From positions 30,513 to 68,268 of the forward strand of contig NMRA01001028.1 in NCBI GenBank assembly GCA_002633005.1: DNA of 37,756 bases, in the 5' to 3' direction. Source of the stretch: Phoronis australis (lineage: Eukaryota; Animalia; Phoronida). The notes beneath the pieces were generated by a model that had not been told where the DNA came from, ran no database searches, and worked only from the letters and a program-made list of their open reading frames with translations. The translations under genes were made by a program, and so were the position numbers. Shown here piece by piece: positions 32,109 to 37,756 of this stretch (positions are counted from its first letter, which is position 1; each line of letters opens with the position of its first letter).

Positions 32109-32395
32109 TACAGAAGGTCTTAACATGTATTCCCTGCCATGTCGTACAGAAGGTCTTAACATGTATTCCCTGCCATGACGTACAGAAGGTCTTAACATGT
32201 ATTCCCTGCCATGTCGTACAGAAGGTCTTAACATGTATTCCCTGCCATGACGTACAGAAGGTCTTAACATGTATTCCCTGCCATGTCGTACAGAAGGTCT
32301 TAACATGTATTCCCTGCCATGACGGACAGAAGGTCTTAACATGTATTCCCTGCCATGACGTACAGAAGGTCTTAACATGTATTCCCTGCCATGAC
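32109..32395. repeat. 36-bp minisatellite, at least 8 copies, truncated by the gap
   Basis: Unit tacagaaggtcttaacatgtattccctgccatg(t/a)cg. Confidence 0.97.
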
Positions 32396-35300
32396 TGACA
32401 GATCATGATTAATCACAACTGATGTCTACGGAGAAAGAAATATATCAAATATCCACTCAGATGGATTAGACTTTCCCATGAATTTCACTATGACCAACCC
32501 CCCTTTAAAAAAGTCCATCCTGTTATTAATACTGCGGTTTCGTTATCAATGCTTTCCTTTTTGCTAAATTTTACTTAGACAGGGTTAACATGATCAAATC
32601 AATGGCAGTTTGGTAAAAGTAAAAAATGAAATGCTACAGGCATTCTAGTAATCTACAGAATACATACTTTTACTGAGTTAAAAAGGGGTACTTGTTGTTT
32701 TGTAGTTATTGGTGTGCCGACCACACACCATTAGAAGGTGTGCCAACCACGAACATTGAAGCCACGAGTCTCAAAGATGACTCGATTTAGATTCTACAGT
32801 CAGTGTGGCAAAGGACTCCATAGTGTATAGACCTATTTACTAGTATTTCCGTATTATATGTAGTTATCATATTCCAACAAGCAATATACGTGTTATACCA
32901 ATTTACTGTGTTACTACCTACACAACAATTGGTGACGAGGATGCTAGCCTCATACACATACTTGTCAATATTCATAACATTGATAACATTACTCAATGCA
33001 AACAATAGGGCCCTCGCTGATTACACAGTGAAAGAACTCTCTTTTGTTCCGGAAATATGAAAGCGCCTGACCTAGTTTTGGAAGTTATTTTCATCTTTCG
33101 TTGATGTCGGGAAGACAACGAATTTAAAATCTTGCATCCATAGGTATATGTAGAGTTTATCAAACTTTTTCACATGGAAGTAAATGTAGCCTACAGCACA
33201 GCGCTTTAGCATTGGGACGGAGGAATTGAATTTTATGTAACCGAGATAAACTTGTTAAGAATCCCAGACAACAAAAAATAACATGCAGTGAATGGTATGA
33301 AAACGAGGCAGCAAATGTACCTGACGAATGTTTGCGGCATTGTGGGTAAATATAGCGATATTCGAGTGTCAATGTGTAATCCAGGACGGCCCTATTGCTT
33401 ATCCTTTGTGCATAGACAGGAGAATAACAGTCAAGGCATCACAACTGTCCTTGACCTTTCTGTCAATAAGTCATGTTCTCTGGCACATTTCTTGAGCACC
33501 TGAGAAAAACTTCACAGAATTTCCAATATCAAATTCCCATCAGACATATGGTAGTCTTATTTCCTAAACAATATTGACTGGAAATTGACAATGACAGTAG
33601 GTCTGAGATGAAAGCTTTGATTTTCATGCCTGATGATAATGACAAAATTGGCTGCCGTAAATTATACCTGTATAATAAACTCTGGTGAACAGCTAACAAA
33701 AGTCAGAGATGCATCCTGAAATTATCTGTCAACCAAGACTCTTTTATCACACAGGACACAAAACTCAAGGAATGCCAACATGTTTTTGAGAACATGAGCA
33801 TTATACGCTGTGATACCAGCCCTCTGTTGTGACAGTGATCATTCAGGTGCAGATAAATCGGGAAGTCCCTGATACAAAATGCTTTAGTTTTGGACTAATA
33901 CAATGGACTGAATCAACCACAGTTAGAAGGATTTTCAGATTACTGTGTGCATTGTTACAATGACATCAGGACCCTTCTGCATTGACCGCTCTCGCATGCC
34001 GTGAGGTACGAAACAGTGACACACCTCCATACAGCACTGGCAGGTCGGCAGCCTCACTTTCGTTTCTATGGAGATTCACATGTTTAGCATTTGTCGTCAG
34101 AACATGATATATTTTATATCATACTTAAGTCATGTCAGGAAAGTATTACTGCTGCACCGTGGGCTGCAATGGTGATTTGAGGACGTGGGATATAAGCTCG
34201 ACAAGTATCCATGGATGCGGGATCTCACATTTCACACCTTCCCGACAGTTCTGAAGGACAAAAGACGGCAAAGCCCGTAGTGCTCACAGTGCCAACGTAA
34301 TGTACAATCAATATAATCTTACCTCACAGCTGAGAAGAGTAGGAGTGCGGAATATGGGAATTACAAAAGACTCTTATTCTTAACCAGATTTCAGTATGTC
34401 ACGTGACCGTGCAATGTACTCATTCTAGAAAGAAAGTGTTAGGTTGCTGAGTAAAACTCGTTATTATTATAAACCTGGGCATTCAATTGTTTTACATCTG
34501 GATTCACGAGTGCATTGTACAGTGACAAAAGCACTGTGCGAACAATCCCAATGCCCACATTCTCAAATGTTGGCATACCATACAGAGCCAAACATAACCA
34601 CAGGGCAATGCCTTCAACATAATGATTGCATGGAAAACCCCTAACGACTTCCTGATGGGTAAATTTTTACAACATTTATACTGGAGTCTAGCAGAATGGA
34701 TGCAACTCAACCAAATGTTCCTATCATAAAATCTGTGCACTCAAAACTACTACAGGGATCCCTTTGGAGACAAAATGTAGTAGCTTGCACTTGTAGCTCA
34801 AAATCTTTGCTTTAAACCGCAGAAAAATAATGAAAATTGCTGCAAAATTCAGTATTCTAATGTCACCAACCGATCGTTTCAATGGCTGCCACTTTGCTAG
34901 GTTACCCTTGAAGGAATCTGCACATACTTGCAAAGCACTCACCATGCACTCATGTTGAATATTCATCGTCTTGTGTGAGGTCACTTTTCTCACTAAAAAA
35001 TTTGTCTACGCCCGGACATACTGCAAACTTTACATAAAATAAAATGCCAGATTTCACACTCAGCAAGTCTTCGCATCCAGCCAAATAAAATTACATTCAG
35101 TTCAAAGTAAAAAGTATATAAAATTCCAATTTGGACCTTATACCAAACTGCTAAGGCCTGTTTGTTAGAAAAAGAAATTGCAAAACATAAAGGTTTATTC
35201 ATGTTTTAGATCATTGCGATAGCCTTAAACCATCACAAAGTGTCACCCCCCTTCTTGCTTCTTTAACGTGCAGATATAAAGCCTTTAGCAGACTGTTTCT

Positions 35301-37756
35301 AGCAGGAAAGTGGCAACATTTCATTCCAAGATTTCGGTCAGAAAAAGAGACTATACTCTTTCAGATGGAGAAACTCCCCCCACCCGTAACTTTGGGGTAA
35401 CTTTGAATGGAAACAAATATACTACCAAAAATGACATTATTTTTCAGACCGCTGACCTTTCACAACGAATGCCTAAAGTTTCAGATGAAACGTTAACAAT
35501 TTCATGCAAGTATTGAAAGGGGATTCAATTGTGCACCCATACATCAATGACTAAGCATTTAAACAGAGCAATGAAAGGGTTACGATTCCAGGAGAAAAAA
35601 AGACAACTGGCCTAAGTCATTTACTGGGGTCTTAAAGATTTTGAGAACCACTTATATACCAGTGTTATTAGAGAACGCTGGGGTTCTAAAATGTGGGACT
35701 CCTATTAGTGACTAGTACCACACACAATCATTACTGAATAGCCGATGGACAAATAACCTTACGTTTTAAATTCCTCCTGGGAGGACAACCCTCCAATAAC
35801 AAATCATTAGTTTGATTTGGAATCCAGTTAGACAGCTCCAAGTGTGATGGGTCACAGGGATCTTCAGTGACAAATCTCTCTTACCTTGTTGAGCAGAGAA
35901 AACATGCTTTGTGTTACAGATGTAGATCACAAGGGGGCAGCACTCAGTAACACTCAAACACTTCATCAAAATTGGAGATAACAATGAACCTGAGGACTCC
36001 AGTAATCCATACAACTTCCCATGACATGCTTCAGTCAGTACATGGTGGTGTATTTTGACCTGTACACCTAAGATACTGGCGAACACCCAGCTGAGATTCC
36101 TCTGCTTAAAACAGACAGTGTGTGTAGCAGATGAGAGTCCAACTATTGATCACGTAATGAGCATAGATCGACTCCATAGGCTCAGAATAGCCGCATTAGT
36201 CTGAGAATTTCAGAACAACACAGTTCACTCGTCAAGTAAGCGGACCACGAAAAGTGTGATGAGAATCTTGAAACAATTTTCTTGTCAATGCAATTATCGC
36301 CGCGCCACTGCAATATGTTTGACGCCGAGAGTAAAACCTCAAAATCAATTAACAAAATATCTTCCTTGGAAAGACATTTCAAAGCAAATATTCGGTGGGA
36401 GCTGGAGTATTTGCTGCAATAATGTTTGGCATGGCCTTCTGTCTGTGTGTGGTTAACAACACAAAGTTATATGAGAGGTTTAAAAGTGCCTTCATCAACA
36501 AAAATAAATCCTTAAAGCTACTGCCATTTCCCATTCCATAAAGATTTGCTGCCTAATACTAACAATTTTCAGAATATCACCAAGTTTTATTTTGGTGAGT
36601 ACAATAACAAATTGCTTTTTAAAGTGTAAACGTTATCCAACCTGTATAGTATCTGTTTGGATTTGGCAAATAAAGAGGCAATAAACTCCCACCCTTTTGT
36701 CGATAGCAACTTTTGATTTTAAATTAGTTGAATACTGTAAATTCCATGGCTCATTGCTTAGCAATTAGCGTCATATCACCAAATCCAACTATACATGGTA
36801 AATTTCTCAGAAAACCAAATATGAACTGAGGTATCCAAAACAAGGAAACCCCCATTAGGGGGGTGTTGATGAAATCCTTGCCCCACAAACACACAGCAGG
36901 TAAACGTCGAAAATAATGGCGATCGTGGTAGCTGAAGTGGAACAAAGTTTCAGCTGCTATTTCAAGCAGTATGATTGTCCACCAGAGGGAGCTCCCAGCA
37001 AATGATCATAGTAATCTTTTCATTTCAAACAAAGGAGAGGCAAATAGTAATACCCAGATGCCAAGAGAGTGGATGTTTTATTACACCTGTCTAGTCAACA
37101 GCAGACAGGTTGTTAAAGTTAGATTAGGACCCATTAACAGACACTGTGTTTGCTCATCAAGTCAAGTAATACACAATAACATAAATTATGTCTGCCAAAC
37201 CGTCACTAGAAATTAAGTGAAAATAAAGGTACATTCATTTGATTCCAATAAAACACTTCAAGCTATTGGTATCATAGGGATAATATGGTCACTTCATCTC
37301 ATGTTAATCAGTCACGATAAAATCTCAAGAAATAGTGTTACAATTATCTAGAATCTTATGTTCGTTTTATGCATTTTTTTTAGCTTTTTCATGTGAATCT
37401 TCAAAAATAATTTTTTGAAAATCCTTCAAAAAAGTGGAACAAACTAAAAATTCCTGAAATCAATTTGGACTCGAGTCATAACACAAAGCACAGTCAATGT
37501 GAAAGTTTATTCAAATATTTCAAGGAAAACCAGACTAGTGTGAATGCCTACAATTGTCTGATGGCAGTTAGTTCCTGTAAACAATACAGAATGTAACTCA
37601 GTGCTGCTTTAATATAAATAAAAAAATAAAATTTCACGACTTCCGTCATTTTGTCCCAAACTAGTAGACGTACATACATAAATTTCTGGACCGCAATACT
37701 TGAGCGTTCTATTTTTTTGAGATTCAAGTCATTATCATTCCCGAGTCCCCCCCCCC

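Noticed and set aside
32109-32395. 36-bp repeats as a CRISPR array (also the 27-, 49- and 53-bp arrays)
   Set aside because: The units are head-to-tail with no unique spacers, there are no cas genes, and the context is a eukaryotic intron.
31335-32406. Long ORFs (257-347 aa) with poly-D/H/M and repeated peptides
   Set aside because: Artefacts of translating through a microsatellite, a 620-N gap and a 36-bp tandem repeat.

Overview
This is AT-rich animal genomic DNA, probably from a marine invertebrate bilaterian; the species cannot be fixed from the sequence. It is not prokaryotic. The window is dominated by one spliced minus-strand gene encoding an MCTP-family protein (multiple C2 and transmembrane domain-containing, MCTP1/2-like). 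I traced 14 coding exons with canonical AG/GT sites and consistent phases, from 24051 (or its duplicate at 21072) down to 870. They encode C2A, C2B, C2C, the first hydrophobic segment and the start of the PRT_C-type C-terminal region. The 5' exon(s) and the last exons are not recognisable in the window. Notable structure: (1) a ~1.73 kb, ~97% identical duplication containing a 109-nt non-symmetric coding exon, split by a single-N join, which is either a young mutually exclusive exon pair or uncollapsed haplotypes; (2) a candidate 21-nt in-frame microexon in the C2A-C2B linker; (3) a Helentron/HINE-like element carrying four co-oriented CTCF-like motifs; (4) TA-flanked non-autonomous TIR elements, one seen as both filled and empty site; (5) many minisatellites and a 620-N gap. 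Nearly all listed six-frame ORFs other than those overlapping exons are spurious. I see no evidence for a wholly new multi-gene system; the best novelty candidates are splicing and regulatory.
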